A stretch of 64,000 bases of DNA from Nitrosopumilaceae archaeon (GTDB taxonomy: Archaea > Thermoproteota > Nitrososphaeria > Nitrososphaerales > Nitrosopumilaceae), in NCBI GenBank assembly GCA_965214835.1, contig CBDCCK010000002.1, forward strand, positions 2,176,001-2,240,000, read 5' to 3'. Numbering within the stretch: the stretch's first letter is position 1; each line of letters begins with the position of its first letter. Of the stretch, positions 1 to 9,855 are shown piece by piece. Position numbers and translations under genes: made by a program. A model generated the notes under the pieces. It saw nothing but the letters and a program-made list of their open reading frames with translations, was not told where the DNA came from and did no database searches.

Positions 1-542
1 TCGTTTTTGTATGCCCAGTAGAGAAAAGAGCCCTCCCCAAGATGCCGTCCAATCATCCTTGTAATGTCTGCAGTGGACATTTCTCTGATGCCTTTTTGAT
101 ACTCCTCCTCTAGAAACTCTTGCATTTTTTCCTCGATTAGCGGGCCGTAACTGTTCATTGGAACCAGAACGCTGCCCAGCCTGTGAATGTCCTGCTCTGC
201 CAGCTCCCTGTCGTCCATTGTAAATGATCCCCCTATATAGTCTGAAAAATTCCTTGCAATGTCGTGATCCAGTGCGCCGCACGTTGTTATGACTATGTCA
301 AACCACCTGTTTTTCATCATGTCCTTGATTATCCCCCTCAGTCCCGTTGAGACCACTGCGCCAACAAATGACACGAATCGCAGGCATTGCTTGTCTGAAA
401 TCATTTCATGAAGGATCTCAAGTCCAGTAGACAGGTTGGTGGCCTCAAAACCGCCTGACTGCGACAGCTCCTCGAAGATTCTCCCAACGTCTGTATCCCC
501 TGAAATGTCTATATCCCTTACGGGCCGGCCTGCCTCTGCCAT
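1..542 (-). CDS. dys: Deoxyhypusine synthase, N-terminal part (runs off the window start)
   Basis: Manual translation from ATG at 542: MAEAGRPVRDIDIS...SGGFEATNL...FVGAVVSTGLRGIIKDMMKNRWFDIVITTCGALDHDIA, typical DHS motifs. Confidence 0.85.
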   Translation of the reverse strand, partial: MAEAGRPVRDIDISGDTDVGRIFEELSQSGGFEATNLSTGLEILHEMISDKQCLRFVSFVGAVVSTGLRGIIKDMMKNRWFDIVITTCGALDHDIARNFSDYIGGSFTMDDRELAEQDIHRLGSVLVPMNSYGPLIEEKMQEFLEEEYQKGIREMSTADITRMIGRHLGEGSFLYWAYKN

Positions 543-628
543 GAGTCAAGCTCTGGCTTGCACTATAAAATTCTAAAGTCTGCCTGATTTTCAGCAAGCT
601 TTAAACCCCCAACGTCCCGCCTTTTGCC

Positions 629-1732
629 ATGGCAGGCCGGATAAGGGTGGGTCTTGTAGGCATAGGGAACTGCTTTTCGGGCCTGATTCAGGGCATCGAA
701 TACTATAGAAAAAATCCCGAGCAGCGCGTTATTGGGATAATACATGACAGGCTAAGCGATTACGGCATTCATGATATTGACTTTGTGTGCGGATTTGACG
801 TCGGGGAAAACAAGGTTGGCAAGACAATCAACGAGGCAATATACGAGTATCCAAACATGGTAGACTGGATCCCGCGGGAGCAAATGCCAGAAACCGAGGC
901 CCGGGTCTACGAAAGCCCGGTCTTGGACGGGGTGGGCCTCTGGGTCGAAAATCGCGTGAGGCCGATCAAGAGCGAGAAGACCACCGAGCAGATAGCAGAG
1001 GAGTCTAAAAGGATAATCAGGGAGACCGGCGCCGAAATCATCGTCTCCTACCTGCCGGTGGGCTCTGATGATGCTACGAGGTTCTGGGCCCAGGTCTGCC
1101 TTGAGACGGACACTGCGTTTGTCAACTGTATTCCGTCGTTTATCGCATCCGATGAGGCCTGGGCAAAAAAATTCCGGGAAAAAAACATCCCGTGCATCGG
1201 TGATGACATAAAGGGGCAGGTCGGCGCAACCATCGTCCACAGAACCCTGGCAAAGCTGTGCAACGATCGCGGCACCAAGATTGAAAAGACCTACCAGATC
1301 AACGTCGGCGGCAACACCGACTTTTTGAACATGAAGGAGCAAGAAAGGCTGCTAAGCAAGAAAATCTCAAAGACCGAGAGCGTGCAAAGCCAGCTGGACC
1401 AAAGACTGGACGATGATCAGATATACGTCGGGCCATCTGACTTTATCCCGTTCCTAGGAAACACAAAGCTTATGTTCATGAGGATTGAGGGGAGGCAGTG
1501 GGCGAACATCCCATACAACATGGAGGTCCGGCTGGACGTAGACGACAAGGCAAACTCCGCTGGAATTGTAATTGATGCAGTACGGCTTGCAAAGATCGCA
1601 CTGGACAGGGGCATCGGCGGCCCGATAAGGCCTGCTAGCGCGTACCTGATGAAGCATCCGATCGAGCAAATGTCCGACGTTGCAGCCAAGGTCGCCTGCG
1701 AGGACTTTGTAGCCGGAAGGCAGCAGCCCTAG
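629..1732 (+). CDS. ino1: myo-Inositol-1-phosphate synthase
   Basis: GxGNC NAD-binding start, GDDIKGQVGAT, NVGGNTDFLNM and DKANSAG motifs. Confidence 0.95.
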   Translation: MAGRIRVGLVGIGNCFSGLIQGIEYYRKNPEQRVIGIIHDRLSDYGIHDIDFVCGFDVGENKVGKTINEAIYEYPNMVDWIPREQMPETEARVYESPVLDGVGLWVENRVRPIKSEKTTEQIAEESKRIIRETGAEIIVSYLPVGSDDATRFWAQVCLETDTAFVNCIPSFIASDEAWAKKFREKNIPCIGDDIKGQVGATIVHRTLAKLCNDRGTKIEKTYQINVGGNTDFLNMKEQERLLSKKISKTESVQSQLDQRLDDDQIYVGPSDFIPFLGNTKLMFMRIEGRQWANIPYNMEVRLDVDDKANSAGIVIDAVRLAKIALDRGIGGPIRPASAYLMKHPIEQMSDVAAKVACEDFVAGRQQP

Positions 1733-2216
1733 TCCGAAAGCATGCGCCCCTTGTACCGTGGAACGTCAAGACCTGCCGCATCTGGCGGGCAGCTCCCCAA
1801 TGCTACCGTAGCCATCACACCTTCCACGTGAATCAGGTTCGCGATCAGGGCACTGCCGCCTAACACCCTGCCCTCCATGCTAACATCCGCGATAGGGATT
1901 TCTGTTTGGCGCCTTGACCTGCGCGTGCGTGTACCGGGGATGGGATCTTGCCCCTCAGGCGACACCGGCAGTCTGGGGTCTTTACCACCGTATCCCCTGC
2001 GCCGTACCACGGGGTGCGCCATCTTGCCGCGCAGGCCATCAGGCACCGCAAGCGCCTTTATGCCTTCTGCGGTACGGGGCCTTGCGTATCTTGCTCGCAA
2101 TTACAGGGTGCCTCAGCATGCACTCGGCTAGACTGCTGGCAGGCTCCATGCCCGGATGCAGTAGCCTGTTGAACACATGATAAAAACGCCCCCGCCGTAG
2201 CTAGGGTGATGGATCA

Positions 2217-2345
2217 ACCCCTCGTTATGCATGTGCTTCGCGCACTACCTGTTGAATGGGGATATCCGAGCTGCTGTGTTCCTGTGCTACGCGCACTGAT
2301 GGATGAATGCAGCTTCTGATCTGTCAAACCATATCCAAAAGGAGG
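2217..2345 (+). ncRNA. Candidate IS110 bridge/seek RNA (boundaries approximate)
   Basis: TGATGGAT (2297-2304) equals left flank 2207-2214; CTTCTGATC (2313-2321) is the reverse complement of right flank 3562-3570; potential stems GGATAT/ATATCC and GCTGC/GCAGC. Confidence 0.6.
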
Positions 2346-2358
2346 TGAAAGAAAAGGA

Positions 2359-3436
2359 TTGAGAAGCATAGGAATAGACATTGGAAAGAGAAAATGCGCA
2401 GTGTGCGTCATCGACGCCAAGGGACACGTGCTAGAGGAGGGCTCGTATAACAACACGTACAAGGAGGCATCAAAGCTTGCTGCACGACTGAAAAAAGAGT
2501 ACAAAAAGTGCCAGGCCGCGTGCGAGTCAACGGGCAACATGTGGCTAAAGACGTTCAGGGCGTTTGAGGATCAGCATATCCCCATACTGCTTGCAAACAC
2601 CCTCAAGATGAAGATAGTATCAGAGACCAGTGTAAAGACTGACCCGATAGACGCAAGGAAGATAGCCGACACGCTCAGGGCCGGAATGATACCACGATGC
2701 TACGTGGCATCAGCAGAGCTGAGGGATGTCAGGGAGCTGATGAGGTACAGGATACGGATGGTACAGGAGAGGACCGCAGTCATAAACGGGCTGCACAGCT
2801 TGGCTTGACAAGTACGACATAGCCATAGATGCATCCACGATGTACTCCAAGAAGGCCATACGGAAGATCTCCGATACCAGGCTGAGCATGCCAAACGATG
2901 ACAGGATACTGGCAAGCTGCACTAGGAGGATTGTACACGTCACAGAGGAGATAGACCAAGCAGGGGAGGACATAGGAAGACAGGCAGGATCGAACGAGGA
3001 TGCCAAGCTGCTGTTGAGCATGACGGGAATAGACACCTTTGCAGCAATGCTGCTGATAGCAGAGATCGGTGACATAACCAGGTTTCCATCGCCGAACCAG
3101 CTTGTGTCCTGGGCCGGCATGTGTCCCCGGGTGTACCAGTCGGGGGATCGCGAGTACCACGGCCACATGAAAAAGGATGCAAACCGCAGGATCAACTGGC
3201 TGATGATCCAGATAGCCAACGTCGCCGTACAGCACGACGACAGGATGAGGGAGTTCTACGAGAGGGTCCGCAAAAGGAACGGCAACAACCACGTCATAGC
3301 GATAACGCATGTTGCAAACAAGATGCTCAGGATAATCTGGCACATGCTGACGACAAAGACTGCGTATTCATCGCGCAATGCTGCCCTGTACGACAAGAAG
3401 ATCAAGAGGGTGACAGAACTGGCGGGAACGGCATAG
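2359..3436 (+). pseudogene. IS110 DEDD recombinase, +1 frameshift near 2803
   Basis: GIDIGK, CESTG, KTDPIDA (DEDD) in ORF 2359-2808; AEIGDITRF, YQSG, VANKMLRIIW in ORF 2840-3436; removing one G gives LHSLLDKYDI; GGAGGTGA SD upstream. Confidence 0.9.
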
Positions 3437-3982
3437 GATTGCCACCTTCCTCCCCCACCCACCCACCCAATGATCCGCCCGCACCTCGGCAGGTGCGACA
3501 GGACTGGCTCATGCGTATTGCTAGCGTTAGCTATAAAGCACGGCCCGGCCGACTAGGCACGGATCAGAAGACGAAAGGAACGTCGCCATGTTACTGGCGG
3601 GCGTTTTACCATGGATGCATAACCGTGCCTGAACGCGTAAAAGTAGCCAGTTTTTCGTGCCTAAAATCGGGGTTATGCAACAAGCTAGGATGCAGCGAGT
3701 GTACATAAATCCCGATGCACCCTCAGGCTTTGGTAAAGCTCTTGCATCCGGCCCCTCATTTTTGCCGGATCTTCGGCCTGTCTTATTTTTTGATTGCATC
3801 GATGCCTGGCAGGCAGCGCTGCATCTGAGATGCCCCGATTCTTACCATGCGTGCCGCTTACGAGGGCGTCATGTGCCTGGGAGTGACTGCAACGAGAAAA
3901 TTACGAGCACTACAATAATTGTCATACTAGTCAATTAAACTTGTTCATAACTGATTATCAGCCCAAACTACAACCTTTATCA

Positions 3983-6900
3983 TTGGTACACGTCAAGAAG
4001 GTGGATATTTTTGGCTTCAAGTCGTTTGGGTTCAAGAACACCACCGTCAGTTTTGAGCCCGGCCTGGTGTCGATTTCCGGCCCTAACGGGTCGGGAAAAA
4101 GCAACATACTGGATGCCATTATCTTTGCAATGGGCGAGAACCGTCCCAAGGTCATGAGGGTGGACAGGCTTCGCTCGCTGCTGCACGATATAGAGGGGCA
4201 AAGACGCGGACCAAAGCTGGCCCGCGTAAACGTCACCTTTGACAACTCTGATCGCAAGATCCCCGTGGATTCTGATACCGTGGATATTACCAGGGAGATG
4301 GACGACAAGGGGGACAATACCTACTATCTTAACAAAAAACAGACCAACCGCAGCCGTATCCTAGACCTGCTTGATGTTGCAAACGCCGGACTCAACCAGC
4401 TAAATGCAGTACAGCAGGGAACCGTAACTAGAATCTCCGAGTTTTCTCCTGAGGAAAAAAGGCAGACCATTGAGGATCTGATAGGCCTTTCATACTTTGA
4501 TCAAAAAAAGACCGAGGCCGTAAAACAGCTTGACGAGGCTGACAGGCGGCTGGAGATTGCGCTGGCAAGAATGGGGGAGATCAAAAAGCAAATTGACGAG
4601 CTAGAGGAGGAGCGCAACCAGAAGCTTCGCTACGACGTGCTGGAAGGGGAGATCAGCAGGCTAAACGCAATATCTGCGGCAAGCCAACTAAAAACGATCA
4701 GGGCATCAAAGTCCTCCAAGGAACAGGATCTCGGCGCCGCCGTGGCCGACGGCAGGCGGCTTGATCAGGGGCGGACTGCAATCCGGGATGAGATCAAAAA
4801 ACTCGACGCGGAAAAATCCAGCTTTATGGAGGAGGTAAACGCATACAACCAAGCCAAGGCAACGATTGACTCTGAGCTTAGCGCTGCGATGCGGGCCTAC
4901 GAGGAGGTCAACAGCACCGTGGTGGCCGCAGAGAAAAGGGCCTCCCAAATCGCGCAAAGAGTCCCGGAGGTCAAGGACTCCGTCCAAAGACTGTGCGATG
5001 AGCGCGGCCGGATTGGCTCACAGGCATCTGAAATCAAAGACACCGTGTCTCAAATCGAGGCGTCCCGGGGGCAGATTGACTCTGAGCTCCGGGAGCTAGA
5101 CGACCTGCTCTCTGACGTGCTGGGCCGGCAGTCTGAGATCGCCAAAAAAAAGACCGAGGTTGACGGCAAGATTGGCGCACTGACTGAAAAGCTCAACGCC
5201 AGCAGGGTGGCGCTATCCGGTGCAGAGTCTGAAAAAAACGACACTGACAAGAAAATCTCGTCTACCGTGTCTGCCCAGTCACAATACAAAGACCAGTCAC
5301 GAAAATTCTCAGGGCTTTTGTCAAGCTTTGAGAGAAAGATTCGCAATCATACCAGCTCCATCCGCGAGATAAAGTCCCAGCTGTCCGCCTACGACTCCAA
5401 GCGCGCAAAAATCCAGGGCGAGATTGACGAGATCAATCTGATCTTGGAAAAGTCCACAAAGGCAGCTGCGCAGTATGACACGAAAATCCGCGTAGTCAAA
5501 AGCATAATGCACGAGGATTATTCCATTGCACAACTGCACGAGGACGGGCAAAGACTCGGAATAGACGGACTGGTCTATAAAATGATCTCATGGGATAAAA
5601 AATACGAGCGGGCCGTCCTGGCAGCCGGCGCCGACTGGATAAAGGCCTTCGTTGTCCAGGACTTTGCGACCCTTCTTGGCCTGGCAGAGGTGGCGCGAGA
5701 AAAGAGGCTTCCAAAGCTCAAAATCATCCCCATGGAGGCAATTCCAGACTTTGAGATGTCGCTGCCCGGGGGCGGGGGCGTTCTAGGCGTACTGTCTGAC
5801 TTTGTCAGATCCGGGCCCGAGCATGCAAAGCTGAGGACGTTTTTGTTTGGAAACGTCGTCCTAGTCGACTCGAGGGAGGCAGCCTACAGGGTCTCAAAGT
5901 CCGGTTATCGCGCAGTCACGATGGACGGCGAGCTGTTTGAGGCAAGGGCCAGCGCCGTCATAGTGGACATCAACTCCAAGATCTCAAAGCTTACAAAAAT
6001 CATAACACTGAGCTCGTCCGTTGACGGGTTGCTCCAGTCGATATCCCTGCTGAAAAAATACATAATCAAAAAGAGGCACGGGCTCAGGAGGATAGAGGAC
6101 TCCATCTCCTCTACTAGGGAACGCCTTGGGCTGTCCGAAAAGGAGCTGGCCTCGACTGAGCAGAGCTATTCTGACCTGATGCGGAAGGCAACTGAGATCT
6201 CCGAGATGCTTGCGACCTTTGAGCGCCGGCTGTCTGGATACTCCAAAAGGAGGGAGCTGCTCGTGGCAACTGCCACCAGGGAGGCGTCCGTCATCGAGTC
6301 GCTCGGTGAGCGCATTGCAATGATCCGGGCAGACTATGCAGACGGGGAGCCGTCCAGAGTTGCCAGCGAGCTGGAGAGGATCAGCGAGGGCAAGTCCTCG
6401 CTGGAGCGGAGGCGGACCGACATCCTTGCCGAGCTGGATCGCCACTCCTCGAGACTGGCAGCCGTTAATGCCAACGAGGCAAAGGCGCAGGGCCAGATTG
6501 CCAGCCTTGGGGATGAGATATCGTCCCTCGGGGAGGAAAAGGCCGAGCTGGAGGCCAAGATTCAGGACTCTTCCCGGCTCCGGGAGGAGCACAATGCAAG
6601 GCTCGTCCAGCTCAGGCAAAGGGAGCAGGATCTGATTGCCACCTCTGGAACGTCGGTATCGAGACTCAGGGAGTACGATGACCGGCTGCGTGAGCTAAAC
6701 GACCAGGACAGGGCCATGACACGGCAAATCGGCACCCTTGAGCGCCGATCTGACTCCCTGTCGCGTGATCTGAGGGATCTCGGCGAGCGCGAGGCCGGAC
6801 TGCTCAAAACCCTGGACTCTTTTGGATTTGACGAGAACACCGATACATTTGACGTCGGACCACTGCTGGCAGGCCTGCAGTCCGAGCAGCGCTCCCTTAC

Positions 6901-7504
6901 CGCACTCAACGCCAAGGCCCCAGAGACGTACCTTGAGGTCTCTACCGGGTACCGCTCGATGTCTACCCGGAAGAACTCGCTTGAGGAGGAACGCAACTCC
7001 ATTGTCAGGTTCATCGAGGAGATTGAAAAGGACAAGCGGCAGACCTTCCTTGACGCGTTTGACAGGGTAGACAAGGAGATCCGGAAGATCTTCACAAAGA
7101 TGACCGGGGGCAATGCGTGGCTTGAGCTGCAAAGCGAGGACGACATCTTCTCCTCTGGAATATCCTACCTGATTCAGTTCCCAAACAAGCCAAAGCGCGA
7201 GTCCACCTCGATTAGCGGCGGCGAGAAGACCCTTGCGGCCATCGTGTTTGTGCTGGCACTGCAAAGGCTCAAGCCATCGCCGTTTTACCTGTTCGACGAG
7301 GTAGACGCGCACCTTGACGCGCCAAACTCCGAGCGCCTCTCCAGCATTTTGGAGGAGCGGGCGAGGGAAAGCCAGTTCATCATGGTCTCCCTCAAGGACT
7401 CTGTAGTCCAAAAGGCCAGCCTCATCTACGGCGTGTTCCCAAAAAACGGCGTCTCAAACGTCGTGACCTACAAGGATCGACGCGTGCCCAAGGCCGTCCC
7501 ATAG
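3983..7504 (+). CDS. smc: Chromosome segregation protein SMC
   Basis: GFKSF, Walker A GPNGSGKS, coiled coils, hinge, SGGEKT signature, FDEVDAHLD Walker B; probable TTG start at 3983. Confidence 0.97.
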   Translation: MVHVKKVDIFGFKSFGFKNTTVSFEPGLVSISGPNGSGKSNILDAIIFAMGENRPKVMRVDRLRSLLHDIEGQRRGPKLARVNVTFDNSDRKIPVDSDTVDITREMDDKGDNTYYLNKKQTNRSRILDLLDVANAGLNQLNAVQQGTVTRISEFSPEEKRQTIEDLIGLSYFDQKKTEAVKQLDEADRRLEIALARMGEIKKQIDELEEERNQKLRYDVLEGEISRLNAISAASQLKTIRASKSSKEQDLGAAVADGRRLDQGRTAIRDEIKKLDAEKSSFMEEVNAYNQAKATIDSELSAAMRAYEEVNSTVVAAEKRASQIAQRVPEVKDSVQRLCDERGRIGSQASEIKDTVSQIEASRGQIDSELRELDDLLSDVLGRQSEIAKKKTEVDGKIGALTEKLNASRVALSGAESEKNDTDKKISSTVSAQSQYKDQSRKFSGLLSSFERKIRNHTSSIREIKSQLSAYDSKRAKIQGEIDEINLILEKSTKAAAQYDTKIRVVKSIMHEDYSIAQLHEDGQRLGIDGLVYKMISWDKKYERAVLAAGADWIKAFVVQDFATLLGLAEVAREKRLPKLKIIPMEAIPDFEMSLPGGGGVLGVLSDFVRSGPEHAKLRTFLFGNVVLVDSREAAYRVSKSGYRAVTMDGELFEARASAVIVDINSKISKLTKIITLSSSVDGLLQSISLLKKYIIKKRHGLRRIEDSISSTRERLGLSEKELASTEQSYSDLMRKATEISEMLATFERRLSGYSKRRELLVATATREASVIESLGERIAMIRADYADGEPSRVASELERISEGKSSLERRRTDILAELDRHSSRLAAVNANEAKAQGQIASLGDEISSLGEEKAELEAKIQDSSRLREEHNARLVQLRQREQDLIATSGTSVSRLREYDDRLRELNDQDRAMTRQIGTLERRSDSLSRDLRDLGEREAGLLKTLDSFGFDENTDTFDVGPLLAGLQSEQRSLTALNAKAPETYLEVSTGYRSMSTRKNSLEEERNSIVRFIEEIEKDKRQTFLDAFDRVDKEIRKIFTKMTGGNAWLELQSEDDIFSSGISYLIQFPNKPKRESTSISGGEKTLAAIVFVLALQRLKPSPFYLFDEVDAHLDAPNSERLSSILEERARESQFIMVSLKDSVVQKASLIYGVFPKNGVSNVVTYKDRRVPKAVP

Positions 7505-7582
7505 GATGATCCCCTCTGCATGGTGGATCCCAGACCAGCTGCCGCAATGGCACAGGCAGGATCCCCTGAAACGGACTGCATC

Positions 7583-8587
7583 CTACCTGGAAATATCCAC
7601 AAAGCAGGCGACCGACCTGCCATCCCTCTCCTCCAGGGCGGGCTCTGCACTGCATTTTTCAACCGCGTACGGGCACCTTGCCCTGAACCCACACCCCTGG
7701 CACGCGCCTGCCCCCGGGGACTCCCTGATCCGGATCTCCTTTCTCCTGAACCTGTTTTCGGGGTCTGGTTTGGAGAGCGCGTCAATTAGCGCCTGCGTGT
7801 AGGGGTGCCTCGGGGAGAGCAGGACGTCATCAATGCTGCCCATCTCCACGACCTTTCCCATGTACAGGATCGCAATCCTAGTGCCAAAGAACCTGGCAGT
7901 TGCAAGGTCGTGCGTGATGTATACAAACGTGATGCCGTGCCTCTCCTGCAGGCTCCTCATCAGCTCCAGCACCTCTGCCCTGATGGATACGTCCAACATG
8001 GAGACCGGCTCGTCTGCGATGATTATCTTCGGCCTGAGTGCCAGCGCCCTGGCAAGAACAACCCTCTGCCTCTGTCCGCCCGACAGCATGTGTGGGTACT
8101 TTTGGGCAATCTCCTCTGCCGGCTCCAGCCTTACCTCCCTTAGCACCTCTAGGATCCTGCCCCTGCGCCGGCCCCTGCCTCCAAAACCGTGAATCTCCAG
8201 GGGCTCGGAGACTATGTCCCCGACCCTCATTCTCGGGTTGATTGAGTCGTAGGGATCCTGGTGGATCATCTGGCACTGCAGGCGGATCCTCTCCAGGCTC
8301 CCCGCGTCATCTTTGATCTCCTGGCCCTCAAAGACTATACTTCCAGCGTCTGCCTCCATGGATCTTAAAATCAGCCTCGCAATGGTTGATTTTCCAGAAC
8401 CCGACTCGCCTGCAATCACGAATACCTCCCCCCGTCTGACAGAAAACGATATGCCGTCATTTGCCTTTACCGTAGTGGCTTTCCCAAAGACGGATTTTTT
8501 TATAAAGTATTTTTTTAGTCCCTCGACCCTCAGGATTTCGTCCAACACTGAAGGGTTGCTCCATGCCTGTATATCAAGAAGCTGCAT
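7583..8587 (-). CDS. Oligopeptide/dipeptide ABC transporter ATP-binding protein (OppF/DppF type)
   Basis: GESGSGKS, LSGGQRQR, ADEPVS, HPYT and C-terminal GCxFxxRC motif; true start may be slightly downstream. Confidence 0.92.
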   Translation of the reverse strand: MQLLDIQAWSNPSVLDEILRVEGLKKYFIKKSVFGKATTVKANDGISFSVRRGEVFVIAGESGSGKSTIARLILRSMEADAGSIVFEGQEIKDDAGSLERIRLQCQMIHQDPYDSINPRMRVGDIVSEPLEIHGFGGRGRRRGRILEVLREVRLEPAEEIAQKYPHMLSGGQRQRVVLARALALRPKIIIADEPVSMLDVSIRAEVLELMRSLQERHGITFVYITHDLATARFFGTRIAILYMGKVVEMGSIDDVLLSPRHPYTQALIDALSKPDPENRFRRKEIRIRESPGAGACQGCGFRARCPYAVEKCSAEPALEERDGRSVACFVDISR

Positions 8588-8685
8588 GGTACGTACAGTT
8601 GAAGACCGAGCGTTTTTTTATCAAGGCAGGCACGATGTGCCAAAATCATGGCCTGCATTTTTGATGTGCACACCAGCAGAAATCC

Positions 8686-8776
8686 GTAAGAGTTTGCCCC
8701 ATAGGCGACACTGCAGACTAGGTACTTGATCATCGTGCCTGCCGTACCGCATCCTCTGGAGGGGGCAAGCTCTTGC
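8686..8776 (+). mobile_element. 91-bp MITE, IS66-type ends (family A)
   Basis: IR GTAAGAGTTTGCCCC...GGGGCAAGCTCTTGC; flanking direct repeat CAGAAATCC at 8677-8685 and 8777-8785. Confidence 0.85.
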
Positions 8777-8829
8777 CAGAAATCCGCCCACAAGGCATTT
8801 ATCCTCAAAGGTAAGAGGGTACTAATCAC

Positions 8830-9855
8830 ATGATTCCCGGAACCTTCCAAAAGCACGCGCATCATCAAAGACACATGGTCAGCGACCGCCTGTGCTATCT
8901 CAGGCCCAATGACGGCCACAGGGAGCAGAGCATGGCAGACGAGCTGTCGCACAGCCTGCGGCAGAACCCCAAGTTCATCCCACCCAAGTTCTTCTATGAC
9001 CGGCGCGGCTCGGAGCTGTTCGAGAAGATCTGTGATCTGCCCGAATACTATCTGACCCGGACGGAGATTGGGATTTTGTCGCGTGTGCGGCACGAGCTGG
9101 CCGAGTTTTTGGACGGCGACTTTCGCCTCGTTGAGCTGGGCAGCGGCTCGTCGGTCAAGACCCGTTATATTCTAGACGCCCTAGAGCGATCCCAGGCATC
9201 ACTTGCGTACGTCCCGATTGACATCTCTGAATTCCTGGAGGCGGGGGCATCTGACCTGCTGGAAAGGTACCCCACGCTGGACATCACCGGGATAATCGAT
9301 ACCTATGAGGGCGGGCTGGGGTTCATCAGGGATCATGATGACTCGCAAAACCTGATTGCGTTTTTTGGCTCAAGCTTTGGCAACTTCCCGTTTCGGGAGG
9401 GCAGGCAATTTCTCAGAACCGTTTGCGACTCCATGGGGGACGGTGACCTCTTTTTGATAGGACTGGATCTGGTAAAGGAGCGAGGCGTGCTGGAGAGTGC
9501 ATACAATGACGCACAAGGCATAACGGCGCAGTTCAACCTCAATGTCCTTGAGCGGATCAACCGCGACCTAGATGCGAACTTTGACCTGGACGGCTTTTCA
9601 CACCATTCTGTCTACAACGAAGGAAAGCAGCGAATCGAGATGCATCTAAGATCCCTGAGGGAGCAAAGCGTTACGATCCCGGGGGCGAACCTTTCCCTCC
9701 GTCTTGGGAGGGGCGAGCTGATCCACACTGAGAACTCGCACAAGTTCTCAATTCCACAGATCGACTCGCTGATGACCCAGACCGGCTTTGAAATCATAAG
9801 GCTGTGGCAGGACTCTGGCAGGAGGTTTGCCGTGCTTTTGCTTGCCAAAAACTAG
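8830..9855 (+). CDS. egtD: L-histidine N-alpha-methyltransferase (ergothioneine biosynthesis)
   Basis: PKFFYDxxGSELFEKICDLPEYYLTRTE, ELGSGSS, AYNDAQGITAQFNLN, IHTENSHKF. Confidence 0.95.
   Translation: MIPGTFQKHAHHQRHMVSDRLCYLRPNDGHREQSMADELSHSLRQNPKFIPPKFFYDRRGSELFEKICDLPEYYLTRTEIGILSRVRHELAEFLDGDFRLVELGSGSSVKTRYILDALERSQASLAYVPIDISEFLEAGASDLLERYPTLDITGIIDTYEGGLGFIRDHDDSQNLIAFFGSSFGNFPFREGRQFLRTVCDSMGDGDLFLIGLDLVKERGVLESAYNDAQGITAQFNLNVLERINRDLDANFDLDGFSHHSVYNEGKQRIEMHLRSLREQSVTIPGANLSLRLGRGELIHTENSHKFSIPQIDSLMTQTGFEIIRLWQDSGRRFAVLLLAKN

Larger units (their letters stand above)
2211..3566 (+). mobile_element. IS110-family element
   Basis: IS110 recombinase gene bounded by GGATCA at 2211-2216 and 3561-3566; no long terminal IRs; ~140 nt non-coding left end. 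Confidence 0.85.
2162..3687. mobile_element. Non-autonomous IS5/IS903-like MITE (~175 bp without its insert) hosting the IS110 element
   Basis: Ends TAGCCTGTTG...CAACAAGCTA; flanking direct repeat GGATGCAG at 2154-2161 and 3688-3695; right end GTTATGCAACAA matches the IS5 end at 40785-40796. Confidence 0.6.

Noticed and set aside
1729-2100. 123-aa minus-strand ORF after ino1
   Set aside because: No recognisable motif; may be a decayed gene but cannot be supported.
3121-3708. 195-aa ORF overlapping the IS110 3' end
   Set aside because: Alternative frame of the recombinase with no independent coding signal.
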